From NCBI RefSeq assembly GCF_006345805.1, contig NC_042999.1, positions 24,180,001-24,244,000 of the forward strand: a stretch of 64,000 nucleotides of DNA, read 5' to 3'. How positions within the stretch are numbered: the stretch's first letter is position 1; each line of letters starts with the position of its first letter. Positions 12,639-25,830 of the stretch are shown piece after piece. The translations under genes were made by a program, and so were the position numbers. This DNA is from Octopus sinensis (lineage: Eukaryota). The notes under the pieces are model-generated. The model was not told the DNA's origin and ran no database searches. It saw only the letters and a list, made by a program, of their open reading frames with translations.

Positions 12639-12946
12639 GGAGGCGCAATGGCCCAGTGGTTAGGGCAGCGGACTCGCGGTCGTAGGATCACGGTTTCGAT
12701 TTCCAGACAGGGCGTTGTGAGTGTTTATTGAGCGAAAACACCTAAAGCTACACGACCTCCGGCAGTGGGTGGTGGTGATCCCTGCTGTACTCTTTCAACA
12801 CAACCTTCTCTCACTCTTTCTTCTGTTGGCCTACTCGCTTAGCCAGTGGGGTGACGTCACTTGAAGGCTAAAACAACGCGACGCGCATTGTGACCAGCGA
12901 TGTATAGCAACATCTGATGGCCTGGTTGGTCACGTGATCACGTGAT
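12639..12946 (+). mobile_element. SINE family C, full length, (CACGTGAT)2 tail
   Basis: tRNA-like head GGAGGCGCAATGGCCCAGTGGTTAGGGCAGCGGACTCGCGG..GGTTTCGATT; related copies at 35697, 23517 (-) and 20050 (-). Confidence 0.85.
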
Positions 12947-13049
12947 ATACATACATATACGCATGGTTACATATACTACAATCATACATGCATACACACA
13001 CACATATACTCAGTTATACTTTTAGTTGAAAAAAATCAACCCAGTACCT

Positions 13050-13705
13050 ACTCTTTGTAAGTCAAGTACTTATTCTATCGGTCACTTCTGCCGAACTGTT
13101 AGGTTACGGGAAGGCAAACTCACCAACATCGGTTGTCAAGCGATGGTGGAGGACAAACACAACCACACAAACACATCTATCCATCCATACATCCATCCAT
13201 CCACACACACACACACACACACACACACATCGTGTGGTTGGGAAGCAAGCTTCTTACCACACTGCCAGTCCTGCGCCGAAGGTTTGCAGGAATTTTTAAA
13301 GAATACTTTTCGATATATTCTTTTCTACTTTTATTTCTTTCAGTCATTTGACTGCGGTCATGCTGGAGCACCGCCTTTAGTCGAACGAAATCGACCCCAG
13401 GACTTATTCTTTGTTAGCCTAGTATTTATTCTATTGGTTTCTTAGCCGAATCACTAGGTTTAATGGGAAGTAAATACACCAACATCGGTTGTCAAGCGAT
13501 AATGGGGGAACAAACAGAACACAAACATATATATATATATATACGATGGGCTTCTTTCAGTTTCTGCCTACATATCCACTCACAAGGCTTTGGTCGGCCC
13601 GTGGCTATAGTAGAAGACACTTGCCCAAGGTCCCACACACTGGAACTGAACCGGGAAACATGTGGTTGGGAAGCAAGCTTCTTACCATTCAGCCACTCCT
13701 GCGCC
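13050..13705 (-). mobile_element. Two adjacent SINE A copies (partial 13050-13275; full 13330-13705)
   Basis: Family A head and tail motifs on the minus strand. Confidence 0.85.
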
Positions 13706-13767
13706 TAAAATTTATAGGAATTTCTAAAAATTACCTATTGACATGTCTATATATATTTAAGCTGAGA

Positions 13768-13816
<49 letters not shown>

Positions 13817-14105
13817 TGTCTGTCTGTGTGTCTGTCTGTTTGCATGTGTGCATCACTAAAACTCGAGAAGTACCCTACCAAATTCACTCAAACTTTACAC
13901 ATGCCTACTTAGGGTCAACTTATTGCCTAATGCGAGGCTGGAGCAATCTCTTATCACTTACACTATTTCAGTATTACGTGTCAAAAGAGAAACATACATC
14001 TCTATCGTAATGTGAGATACTCTCACTTTAATAGTTTCACTATTAATACTAAAACTATTAAAGTGAAACTATGATCTCGCATACATACATACATGCATAC
14101 ATACA

Positions 14106-14139
<34 letters not shown>

Positions 14140-14467
14140 CATAAATACATACATACACACACACATATATATGTATGTATGTCTGTGTGTCTGTATTCCC
14201 ACTCTCGCTTGACAACTGGTGTTGCTGTGTTTACACCCCCGTAACTCAGGCGTTTGGCAGCACAAACCGATAGAACAAGTACTAGGCTTGCAAAGAATAT
14301 TTCCTGGAGTAGATTTATTCGACTGAAAGGTGTGCTCCAGCATGGCCCCAATCACATGACCAAAACAATTAAAGCAATAAAAATCTGTCATTTAAGATCG
14401 AGCAACGCCGGGTATCACTACTACTACTACTACTACTACTACTCCCTCTCTCTGTCTGTATATATAT

Positions 14468-15236
<769 letters not shown>

Positions 15237-15334
15237 ATACATAGCGCAGTAGTGGTGAGATGTGACAGCAAAGAAAAGCATACATTCACTCTCTGCATGC
15301 AAATAGACTCGGAAAGTTCGTGAGGAACCCATTG

Positions 15335-15845
15335 ACCCAATTTGCTGACTTTTCCGATAGCACACAGGTGTCAATGAATGGTTGAATGACCAAATCCAAG
15401 CTTCTCTGCTAGTTCCTCAACAGTTACGATGAGATTTTGTTCCACCAGGGTTTTCAGGATGTCCTTGTCGAGTTCTACAGATCTTTCAGGATGAGGCTCG
15501 TCTTCTAGGCTGCAGATTATGGCTCGGAATTTCTGGAACCACCATTGACACTGCCTTACGCTTATTGTCCAATCCCCATATACTGCATTAATATTTCTTG
15601 TACTTTCCGTTGCGTTGTTGTCTTTATTGAACTCATAAAGCAAAATATGCCAAATATGCTCCTTTGTTACTTCCAATATAGCTTTGAAAAAAATAGCTGT
15701 TAAAATCGAAATGCACTCTTCAAAACTTGCACTATGAATAAGGACAAGATAAAATTACTACCTGCTTTTATAGCAAGTTAATATAAGTAGTTTATCCCAT
15801 TCCCCTCTGACATTTAGTTCAAGCTGTTGAAAAAACCGCATTATT
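15335..15845 (-). mobile_element. Mariner transposase 5' fragment (HTH region)
   Basis: ORF 15371-15676 MEVTKEHIWHILLYEFNKDNNATESTRNINAVYGD..WFQKFR..LEDEPHPER..TVEELAEKLGFGHSTIH is a mariner N-terminus. Confidence 0.85.
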
Positions 15846-16099
15846 ATATATATATACATACATACATACATATACACACACACTCTCTCTCTCTCACACA
15901 CATGCACACATTTATATTCTGTTATTGTTTTATACGTTTCAGCCTTGAGGTTGTGGCCATGCTGGATCATGTGTGTGTGTGTGTGTGTGTGTGTGTCTAT
16001 CTGTCTGTCTGTCTGTATGTATATATGTATATGTATGTGTGTGAACAATAATATTTTCAACAGATGTGTTGCAAATGTATCTGATTGTTCTCAAGCTTC

Positions 16100-16290
16100 A
16101 ATACTGTGTGTGTGTGAATGTGTGTGTGTGTATATGTATGTATGTATATGTATGTATGTATGTATATATGTATGTGTATGTATGTATGTATGTGTATGTA
16201 TGTATGTATGTGTGTGTATGTATGTATGTATGTGTATGTATGTATGTATGTATGTATGTATGTATGTATGTATGTATGTATGTATGTATG
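16100..16290. repeat. (TGTA)n compound microsatellite
   Basis: Direct read. Confidence 0.95.
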
Positions 16291-17364
16291 AGTGTATGTT
16301 TACTTTATTACTAACACAAGCCACTACGGTTATTTAATGTAAAGTCTTCCTCAAATCACTCTCTCTGGCTATTTACTCTCTTCCAAGAACATTTTCACTC
16401 ACTGTTATCTGTTAGCTTCCCATACATTTTACTCATGTATCTATCAGCGTCATAGTCGTCATCGCATTCTATTGTCTACCTGTCAACACACTGAATTACT
16501 TTCACTTTATTCGTAGCACACTGTGTGTGTGCGTTTGCGTGTGGTGTAAACCAGACTAAGAAAAGCATTTGACACACACACCAGAATGTGAGTTTTCTGT
16601 AAATTTTGCTTAATTGGAGTTTAAATTTTAAAAACTGGACCTGGCATGACGCGATGCATTGTACTCTTAAAAATGCTAGGTAAATTGTAATTGAAGAAAT
16701 CCTATATTGTAGATTTCTATAACTCCCAAAGGGAGGCAGATAAAATCTGCCTTTTATAATAAGAGATTCATATATACATTTATATACAAACACAATATTC
16801 ATATACACCCATGCACACACATTACTCATCGTACATATAGTGGCGTTACAAATGTGGCCTAAGAAAATAACAGATCCCTATTTTATATTCTCAGAGTTGT
16901 TTTACATTTATAATGATGCACTAAACAGCATTTAATGGACAACCCGAAATTGAAAGCAGTTATAACTGCATAAATATTTAAGAGAGAAGTATTGAACGGA
17001 CAATTAATGATATTAAAATGTTACTGAAAATATTTGTTCTTGTATTATGAATAAACTAACGACTGCAAATCGAGTAATCGTGTAACTCAATCGTTATCTT
17101 CTCAAAGAAAAAAAAAAGAAAAGAAATTAAAGAACAATATGACAAATCGAAAATGTCCATCAGTTAACACGTATACAAATTTCAATTAATAGATGTATAC
17201 AATAGCATTTTGATATGAGCAAATTGTTTTGTTGTTTTAACGTGCTTATTCAACATCTTGATTTGCAATTTATGTGTTACGTAAATCCAACTTTTTTTCC
17301 ATTTATTAGACTGATTGCTTGGAAACGGGGGAAAGTATCTTAACTTAATTTCAACCATAATCTT

Positions 17365-17903
17365 TTCTTTTCTACTCTAGGCACAAGGCTCGAAATTTTA
17401 GGGGAGGAGAAGTCGATTATATCGACCCCAGTACGCAATTGGTACTTAATTTATCGACCCCGAAATGCTGAAAGGCAAAGTCGACCTCGGCGGAATTTGA
17501 ACTCAGAACGTAAAAACAGACGAAATACCTATTTCTTTACTACCCACAAGGGGCTAAACACAGAGAGAATAAACGAGGACAGACAAACGGATTAAGTCGA
17601 TTACATCGACTCCAGTGCGTAACTGGTACTTAATTTATCGACCCCGAAAAGATGAAAGGCAAAGTCGACATCGGCGGAATTTGAACTCAGAACGTAGCGG
17701 CAGACGAAATACCGTTAAGCATTTCGCCCGGCGTGCTAACCTTTCTTATTTCTTTATTGCCCACAAGGGGCTAAACAAAGAGGGGACAGACAAAGGGATT
17801 AAGTCGATTAGATCGACCCCAGTACGCAATTGGTACTTAATTTATCGACTCCGAAAGGATGAAAGGCGAAGTCGACCTCGGCGGAATTTGAACTCAGAAC
17901 GTA
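17365..17903 (-). mobile_element. Three head-to-tail SINE B units from two tail subfamilies
   Basis: Junction GACGAAAT|ACCTATTTC near 17526; short-tail copy (GCCTTGTGCCTAGAGTAGAAAAG) next to long-tail copies. Confidence 0.9.
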
Positions 17904-18294
17904 AAATTTGGTACGAAGAGTACAAAAGTGAAAGAAACCACCTGGATATGCCCCCATAATCGTCACATCTCAATGAAATCTAACATTTATGGTGCATTTT
18001 GGAGCAGTACGTAAGGAGTCAATTCCAGGCACGATCATCACTAAAAGTGCTATTGTATGTTTTACTTGAACACTGGCTCAAAATATCCCCAAATGACCGT
18101 TCAAACTTGTACAATTCTATTCCTCGACGAATTAAGAATATGAGTCACACCAAAAATGGACGGCTCCGTATCAAATAACAAAACATCCATTTAACAAGGT
18201 TTTTCTATTATTTCGTCCAACCCTGGTGTACACATACATGTATAACTGCATATATGTATGTGTATGTGTGCGTGCGTGTGCGAGCGTGTGTGTA

Positions 18295-18348
<54 letters not shown>

Positions 18349-18412
18349 ACATATATAAATATACGTATGTATATAATATATAGATATATGTATATGATAT
18401 CTATATGTATAC

Positions 18413-18575
18413 AGCGTAGGAGTCGATGTGTGTTAAATAGCTTGCTTACCAACCACATGGTTCCGGGTTCAGTCCCACTGCGTGACACCTTGGGCAAGTG
18501 TCTTCTACTATAGCCTCGGGCCGACCAAAGCCTTGTGAGTGGATTTGGTAGACGGAAACTGAAAGAAGCCCGTCG

Positions 18576-18645
<70 letters not shown>

Positions 18646-18827
18646 ATATGTTTGTGTGTCTGTGTTTGTTCCCCTAACATCGCTTGACAACCGCTGCTGG
18701 TGTGTCCCCGTAACTTAGAATAAGTACTAGGCTTACAAAGAATAAGTCCTGGGGTCGATTTGCACGACTAAAGGTGGTGCTCCAGCATGGCCATACTCAA
18801 ATGACTGAAAGACTGAAATAAGTAAAA
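18413..18827 (+). mobile_element. SINE family A, full length
   Basis: Family A head and tail with an expanded central (TA)n. Confidence 0.9.
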
Positions 18828-18852
18828 GAGAGTAAAGAGTATATATATATAA

Positions 18853-19075
18853 CGACCTCCGACACACAAGTGCAAACAAGGGAGTCAGAGAAAGGCAGAA
18901 TGCCACTTAAATCTGAACACTACTATAGAAATATTCTTTTAAAAGAACTTTTCTTCTAATTTTTCTAAATTTAATTATTTAATCGTTACAGTTGAAAAGG
19001 TCTCAAAATGACCGAAACCGGTACTGAAATGTTCACTATAAAATTATTTTAACATTTTCTATTTTTGACTTGTTT
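18853..19075 (+). mobile_element. PLE 3' terminal (pseudo-LTR) fragment with hammerhead at 18989-19026
   Basis: Near-identical to 34231-34450, which lies downstream of the GIY-YIG ORF; CAG-TTGAAAA-GGTC/GACC-GAA-ACCGGT-A-CTG. Confidence 0.75.
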
Positions 19076-19131
19076 TTTCATATATATATATATATACACA
19101 TACTATATATGCATCTTATATATGCAATATG

Positions 19132-19170
<39 letters not shown>

Positions 19171-19824
19171 ACAGTCTATATAATATATATATGATTCTAT
19201 ATAATATGCACACTGAGTGTATGTATATGTGTGTGTGTGTCCCCCCGTCTGTGAATGTTTGTATGTCAGCATACTGGTAATCTCCATATTTTTGTCATAA
19301 AAATTTTACAAGATAATTTTATCATTTAAAGAGTAATTAAATGCCTGCGTTAATGAATAACGAGTCCGAGGCAGCTGTTTTATTTTAATTTCCTTTCGTT
19401 ATAGTATTGTTATCAAACAGGTGGCGGTTGACAATAAAACCTAAAACTCCTGTCTGGTAAAGACTATTTCAAACACACACACGCGTACACATACACAGCA
19501 CACAGCACACTTGCACACGCATACACACACACACAGCAAGCTTACACACACATATACACACATGCAACACCCATATGAAATACAAAGAGATCTTACATCT
19601 CTCTCAACTTAACTCAGCTATAACAAGTTTTTCCAGTTTCACTGAGTCTCCAAATACATCTGTTGCCTTTACCAGGCCATTAAATTTTTCTCCATATCTC
19701 TTATTGCATCAAAAACATAGATTTTACTCCACCCATTTAAAATTTCTTTGTTCTCATAGACGTAGTGTTCAGAACTTTTCTTGGCCCTCTCAGCCCTGCC
19801 ATATTAGTGCTTATGGTTGTTTGT

Positions 19825-20195
19825 TCCTTCTCGAACCACACCTGGCTCATAAGGGCCGGTTTCCTGGTTTCCTTGGCGTATAGGTTCCCCAACCGTCGCA
19901 GGTGAGCTGCAAGATGCAGGAGGAAAGAGTGAGAGAAATTTGTGGCGAAAGAGTCAGCAGAAGTTCGCCATTACCTTCTGCCGGAGCCGCTTGGAGCTTA
20001 GGAGCTTCGCTCATAAACACACTCATCGCCCGGTATGAGATTCGAACCCGCGGTTTTCTTCTACCAAATCCACTCACAAGGGTTTGGTCGGCCAGAGGCT
20101 ATAGTAGAAGACACTTGCTCAAGGTGCCACGCAGTAGGACTGAACCCGGAACCATGTGATAGGTAAGCAAGCTACTTACCACACGGCCACTCGTA
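19825..20195 (-). mobile_element. SINE C variant (19825-20050) abutting a SINE A head (20055-20195)
   Basis: Family C core CTCTTTCGCCACAAATTTCTCTCACTC and family A head on the minus strand. Confidence 0.7.
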
Positions 20196-20860
20196 CGCCT
20201 ACATACAAAGACAAAATATTTAGTTTGACATATAGACTGAGAAATAGATAAAGAAAAGGAACTTGAGATTATGAACCAGATTTCTTGTAGGAGGGTACAC
20301 ATGTAGACACAGACAAATATATAGACAGCCTGACTGGGAAACAAACAGAGTAGGAAATTGTAAGCTATGAAATAGATTTCTTATATGAGAAATGGGGATT
20401 AAGGCATTTTATAAAGGGAAACAATTTAATTAAATCTTAATTAATAGTTTTTACACGACAATGTATGTTTAGCTCCCTGCGAACAGAAAATTAGAACTGG
20501 ATTAATTGGTTTCGACTTTAATTGAATGCTTCGTCAAATGCCGCAAACCTTACCTCATCAACACAGAGAGAGAGAGAGAAAAAGGGGGGGCGGAGAGAGA
20601 GAGAGAGAAAGAAAGGGAGAGAGAGAGAGAGAAAGAAAGAGAGAGAGGGGGAGAAATACAAAAAGTGAGATATGGGTTATGGGAGAAAGGTAGCTTATAG
20701 TTACTTAAAGTGAATCAAATTGAGCGCAGCATATATTTTCTCAAAGCCAGATAAATGAAAGAAGGGGTCGAACTAGATACGGGTTAAACTAAAACCGTAA
20801 AGTATAATCTAAATCCTTTAAAAAAATTTCTCTCGAACCCTAGGATTCACAAGCCCAGTT

Positions 20861-21208
20861 ACATGCATTATTTACATTATTTACAATTGACGGATATTTG
20901 TCCTCATCTTGTTTGTTATTAACACAACGTTTCGGCTGCTATTCCCTTCAGCCTTCATTAGGTGTCTTGGGGAAAATTCGAACCTGGGTTTTCATCCCTA
21001 AGGTATTTTTCGATGTTATTACTATTATTATTATTATTATTATTATTCAGGTCACTGCCTGGAATTGAACTCGGAATCTTGGGGTTAGTAGCCCGCGCTC
21101 TTAACCACTACGCCATATGCCCGTGGGCATATGGCGTAGTGACATTTGATAAAGCATTCAATTATGTATATAATGTACATAATTCCTCATCTCTTAAATA
21201 TAGAACTG
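20861..21208 (-). mobile_element. tRNA-headed element with (AAT)n linker and PLE-like hammerhead tail; inverted 5' stub
   Basis: Head 21122-21047 (TGGCGTAGTGG A-box, GAGTTCAATTCC B-box); hammerhead at 20921-20966; 17-bp inverted repeat at 21106-21141. Confidence 0.75.
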
Positions 21209-21349
21209 TATTATCCAGCTACTTGGATTCCATGGCATCTAAGCGGCCGAAATCACTACACTGCCCAAGAACGGGACACCAGTCCGCTGCGGTGTTCAAG
21301 ACCAGTAATGTTTGAGTAGATGCTTCAAGCTGGTTGCATCAACTGATGT

Positions 21350-22250
21350 ACTTGACTGGTGCTTTATTTTATTGAACTCAAAACCATGAAAGACAAAGTT
21401 GGCTTCGGCGGGATTTGAACTCAGAATGTATGAAAAGAGCCGGAAGAAGTGCCACAAAGAATTTTCTCCAACGTGCTGACATTTGCGCCAGCTCGGAAGG
21501 AAGTTTCTATGTCGTTGTATTGGTCCCCCCCACTCCCCACCCATAACTCTCAATATCTCCAATATAGCGAATCTACTTTGATACTAAACATCAAAGAACT
21601 TTACCCACCCTCATAGAATTTTAACATTCAACTCTTCTGGAAGGTAGCGGAAGACAGAAGTCAGAAGTAAAACAGATGGCGACCCAAGTTTAAAAGCGGT
21701 ACATCCACCCTCCCCGCCGCCATCAACGATCTGCTACACTTACGAATCTTTATTTTCCAACAGGAAATCACAAGGTTTGTGATTTGGGGTATAATTTTTT
21801 ATTTAGTATTAATTTCTTACCTAGATAAAGGGGATTCACATTTGAAACGAAAGGAAGGGTTATAGACAAACCCTCGTGACACAGCTGCTTCATAGTTTAT
21901 TTGATCCGGAAGGATGAAAGTCAATCTCGACATCGGAATATAATCTTTAACGTTGGTTTCAAATTTAGGCACACTATTGGCAATTTCGAGTGGGGTGGGG
22001 CTATATCGACCCCAAGTGTTTAACTGGTACTTATTTTATCGACCTTAGAAGAACGAAAGGCAAAGTCGACCTCAGCAGAATTTAAGCTCAAAACGTAAAG
22101 TGACACGAAATGCCGCTAAGCATTCTACCCGGTGTGCTAACGGTTCTGCCAGATTGCCGGCTTTGATGTATTTCATTACGACTGAGTTCAAATCCCACCG
22201 TGGTCAACATTGCTTTTAATTTCTCTACCGTCGATAAAATAAAGTACTAT
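21350..22250. mobile_element. Cluster of diverged SINE B copies (about 21350-21500 and 21960-22150 on minus; 22180-22250 on plus)
   Basis: Family B core motifs GGCAAAGTCGACCTC and GAGTTCAAATC. Confidence 0.65.
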
Positions 22251-22559
22251 TACAATAGAATTTCTAAAACAGATCCAAGGTCACACTTTTTAGGGGTTGA
22301 CGCATTCATTTAAATTGACCCCGCTATTTCATTGGTTCTTCAATTTATGAATCAATGCCCGAAGGAACAAATAAAAACGTTTACCAGTGGAACTTGAACT
22401 AAGAACATAAAGAGAAATAGCTAAATAATTATAGGTATTTTCTTTGAAGCTGTAACCATTCTGCCACTTCACCTCCCAATTTAATTTCATTGGTTTCTTA
22501 CAATGATTCTTTCGCTTACTTTAGCCGTCCGTCCTTAGACGGTTCTAGGAACATAGCTT

Positions 22560-23060
22560 CCTTTGAAGAATCCGGGAAAAAGAACTGTGCTCATAGCTTC
22601 CGTAGGTCCTTATTACCATTAATGTTCCTATGAAGCCTTGCAAGTCAGCAGTTTCCCCAAAAGTGAGGAGAGAGGAATAATTCAATTACGCCAATGTTGA
22701 GAAGTAAATGGGTATAGAGATTAGTGTAGGGTCTGGAGCAGTTTGGTCACAGAAAGGATATTAAAAAGAATGACAACTGCCTCAAGGAAACCTAGGGAAC
22801 TGGTGTGAGATCAACCAGTCCTGAAGACCGAATGCAATTAGAGTAGCGGTAGCAAAAGGAAGGAAAAGGTAACAGTGTGTATTTTTTGTTACCTTACGTA
22901 CATCTGTCGGGTCGCCCTCTTTCTGGATGTGGTCTACATCTGTGTGTATGGAAGCAGGGCCATCGCAGATTTGAACACTGCACAATAGAATGGGAATTAT
23001 TTTTGGGGAAACGAAAGTATCTTCTGGATCTGAAGAGAAATGCCATCCATGGGATGCGGT
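22560..23060 (-). pseudogene. Decayed LINE AP-endonuclease-like relic (CR1/jockey type)
   Basis: Minus-strand LRWPCFHTHRCRPHPERG and downstream segments resemble old LINE endonuclease remnants (recalled, not searched); many stops. Confidence 0.3.
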
Positions 23061-23183
23061 CCTAATCCGTCTCTCAACTCTTTGACATCGCTGGATAAAC
23101 AGATGCTGGATAAACAAATTCTTTGACATTACGAAACAACGCAACGTAGATGAAATATAAGAGAAAGAGAGAGCGAGAGAGAA

Positions 23184-23225
<42 letters not shown>

Positions 23226-23249
23226 CGACACTCCAGAACTGGAGTGATA

Positions 23250-23517
23250 CTCTAATGATCCTAACGATAAACGTCGCCCTTTTCAAGCCTAACCAGGCTC
23301 ATGGGCCCCGTTTCCCGGTTTCTATGGTGTATATGTTCCCCCCAGCTGGACGGGACGCCAGTCCATCGCAGCGTTACTTAAGAAACAGGAAGAGAGAGTG
23401 AGAGAAAGTTGTGGCGAAAGAATACAACAGGGGTCGCCACCACCGGTCTGGGAATGGAAACCGCGATCCTCCGAACGCGAGTCCGCTGCCCTAACCACTG
23501 GGCCATTGCGCCTCCAC
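23250..23517 (-). mobile_element. SINE C head plus V-domain-type tail
   Basis: Family C head followed by CTGCGATGGACTGGCGTCCCGTCCAG (V-SINE domain motif) and AGAAACCGGGAAAC. Confidence 0.75.
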
Positions 23518-24329
23518 CTAATGATCCTAGGACAATGGAAAATAAAGTCGGCCTCGATGTAATTTGAAACCAGTGCACGTACAATCGCAACAAATACATC
23601 AATATACTTTAGTGGGCCCCTAATAACACTGCTAGTTAGCTGACCACCTTTTCATTGATACAAGAATGAAAATTTACGACAAAATTAATTCGACGCCGTT
23701 GCTTGACAGCTTTACGAGCGAGAGCAAATATCTGAGATTATTTGCCGTATTATCTTTCATTATTCCTAAATTTTACACTATCTTGCTAAACCGAGGTTCA
23801 AATTCACATATTTCGGTCGAAGAAATATTTGAAGTCACGGAGTCGCTTCAACGAACAATTGTTCAGAGGTTTAGTGGTTTGTTTGTAATGAGAATTCAAC
23901 ATAATCAACCTATATATGTTATTGCAAGTTTATAATGAATATGTCTGGGTCAGACACCATCTGGTTCCAACGAAAAAATATCGATGTGTCTAGCGGGGAA
24001 CAACACTTTAATAATCGATATGCAACATGTGTGCTGAATCTAGATGTCACTTTAGCTCTAATAACAACCTTCTGTTGTCAATAGAAATTCCATGCTCCAT
24101 CATCCAGGTGAATAATGTCGCACGGAAACTTACATCACACGAGTGTATTACCGCTGTATGTACGTATATTTCACACACACACACACACATTATGCATACA
24201 TGCATGCATACGTACATACATACTTACATACATAGATAGAAGGCCTTTTTTTCAAGCTTTTCTTGTTCCACGCCAGACCCTGTCTTCATCGGGACAGATT
24301 TTCTGCTTTATTTGGTCCAATTTCTAATG

Positions 24330-24563
24330 TATCTTTTACTTGTTTCAATCATTTGACTGTGGCCATGCTGGAGCACCGCCTTTAGTCGAAAACATCGACC
24401 CCACCAGGACTTATTCTTTGTAAGCCTAATACTTATTCTATCGGTCTCTTTTACCGAACTGCTAAGTTACGGCGACGTAAACACACCAGTATCGGTTGTC
24501 AAGCGATGTTGGGTGGGGGGACAAACACAGGCACACAAACATATACACACGCACACATTCATT

Positions 24564-24601
<38 letters not shown>

Positions 24602-24646
24602 CGACGGGCTTCTTTCAGTTTCCGTCTGCCAAATCCACTCACAAGG
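24330..24646 (-). mobile_element. SINE family A, 5'-truncated
   Basis: Family A tail and middle only. Confidence 0.85.
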
Positions 24647-24665
24647 ATTTGTTTAATCACCAGCT

Positions 24666-25830
24666 TGTTTATTATGATAATCAAATATCGTTACATAGAG
24701 GGACAGTACAGGACGTTACAAACATTTAGATAAGCTAAGTGAGTTTATATTAAAAATTGGATAAGTTTTATGTACAGATTATAATTAAAAAAATTTTATA
24801 CACTTGTTCGCAAAATTTGGCTGGGCACCCATCGACTACACCATGCTTTTACTATAGGTGGAATTAAGTAGGGACAGTCACTCTCAACTTCCTCGCAACA
24901 TCCTTCCATCTTTTCTCATAAAAGCTTCGCGACAGGTTTCTCCTCTCCAGCCCAGTCTTGCTCTTCAGGTGATACCTGAAGAAATATAGCAGTCCATTGC
25001 CAGAGATGAAGGATCCTGTCTTGATTGCTTGCATTCTTGTTCTCTATGCACATTCTTTCATTACTGAAACTGTACACAAAAAACATGCCTCACCTTTTGA
25101 TAGTCCGGTTGGCGGTACAATCTTTATCACAGACTCAGCTGATAGATGTACTCTTCCCAGGTGCGAAAGCACGTGTTCTACGTAAATTGTCATTTCCGAA
25201 AGCTGTGGGCACTATACAAGAGCGTGCAGGACAGTTTCCTTGTCCTCCCCTCCCCTTGGACATTCCGGTGGCACTGATAATCCGTGCCTGGACAATTTCT
25301 TGCGGACAGGTAACGCATTCCTATAACTGTCAGGTCAGGGATCTTTGGTAATTATCCAAATACCCTGACCTGAAGGTGTTTTGAAACAGTTTGGCTAGCT
25401 GGTTCTCGTCGAGCCCCAGAGTCTTATACTCTACCAATCCTTTATAAAATGCAGAGGTGGTATTTCCGCTGCCGGCCTTGCCCGCCTTGTGGATTAGCAC
25501 GAGTGCCTGCCGGCTTTCCTTTTGCCATTCAGTCGTGTTCTGTCTTTTTATCAAACCGGGTGTAAATTCCTCGAAGGAGGTTGGTCGTGGAAAGATTTCC
25601 CTGCAAGCGAATTCCACACCTGACCACCATCCATGTAGAGCCAGAGATGCCTTAGCCTCAGTGCATGTCTGCCCATCAATAACCACGTCATCCCTAACCC
25701 ACCTTTTAGCGGTTTTCCCCACCGCAAAAAGCGGAAGAGAATTCGTACTAAGTTGCATTGCCACGAATCGAGACAAGGGACAACGGTAGGTGATAACAGA
25801 CACAATAAATATCTGCATCACCACCGCCCT
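24666..25830 (-). mobile_element. Tx1/L1-clade LINE 3' fragment (ORF2 C-terminus plus 3' UTR)
   Basis: ORF 25330-25887 continues through stops as NALPVR...CP...ETVLHAL..CP (zf-RVT-like) and ..FFRYHLK..ER..L...RW..VA, typical of the Tx1 ORF2 end. Confidence 0.75.

Noticed and set aside
16620-16679. Possible 60-nt plus-strand exon (LNFKNWTWHDAMHCTLKNA)
   Set aside because: Donor is plausible but the acceptor lacks a pyrimidine tract; no supporting neighbour.
21047-21122. tRNA gene
   Set aside because: The anticodon and acceptor stems pair poorly and the sequence is embedded in a repeated element. It is treated as a SINE-type head, as are the heads of families A-C.
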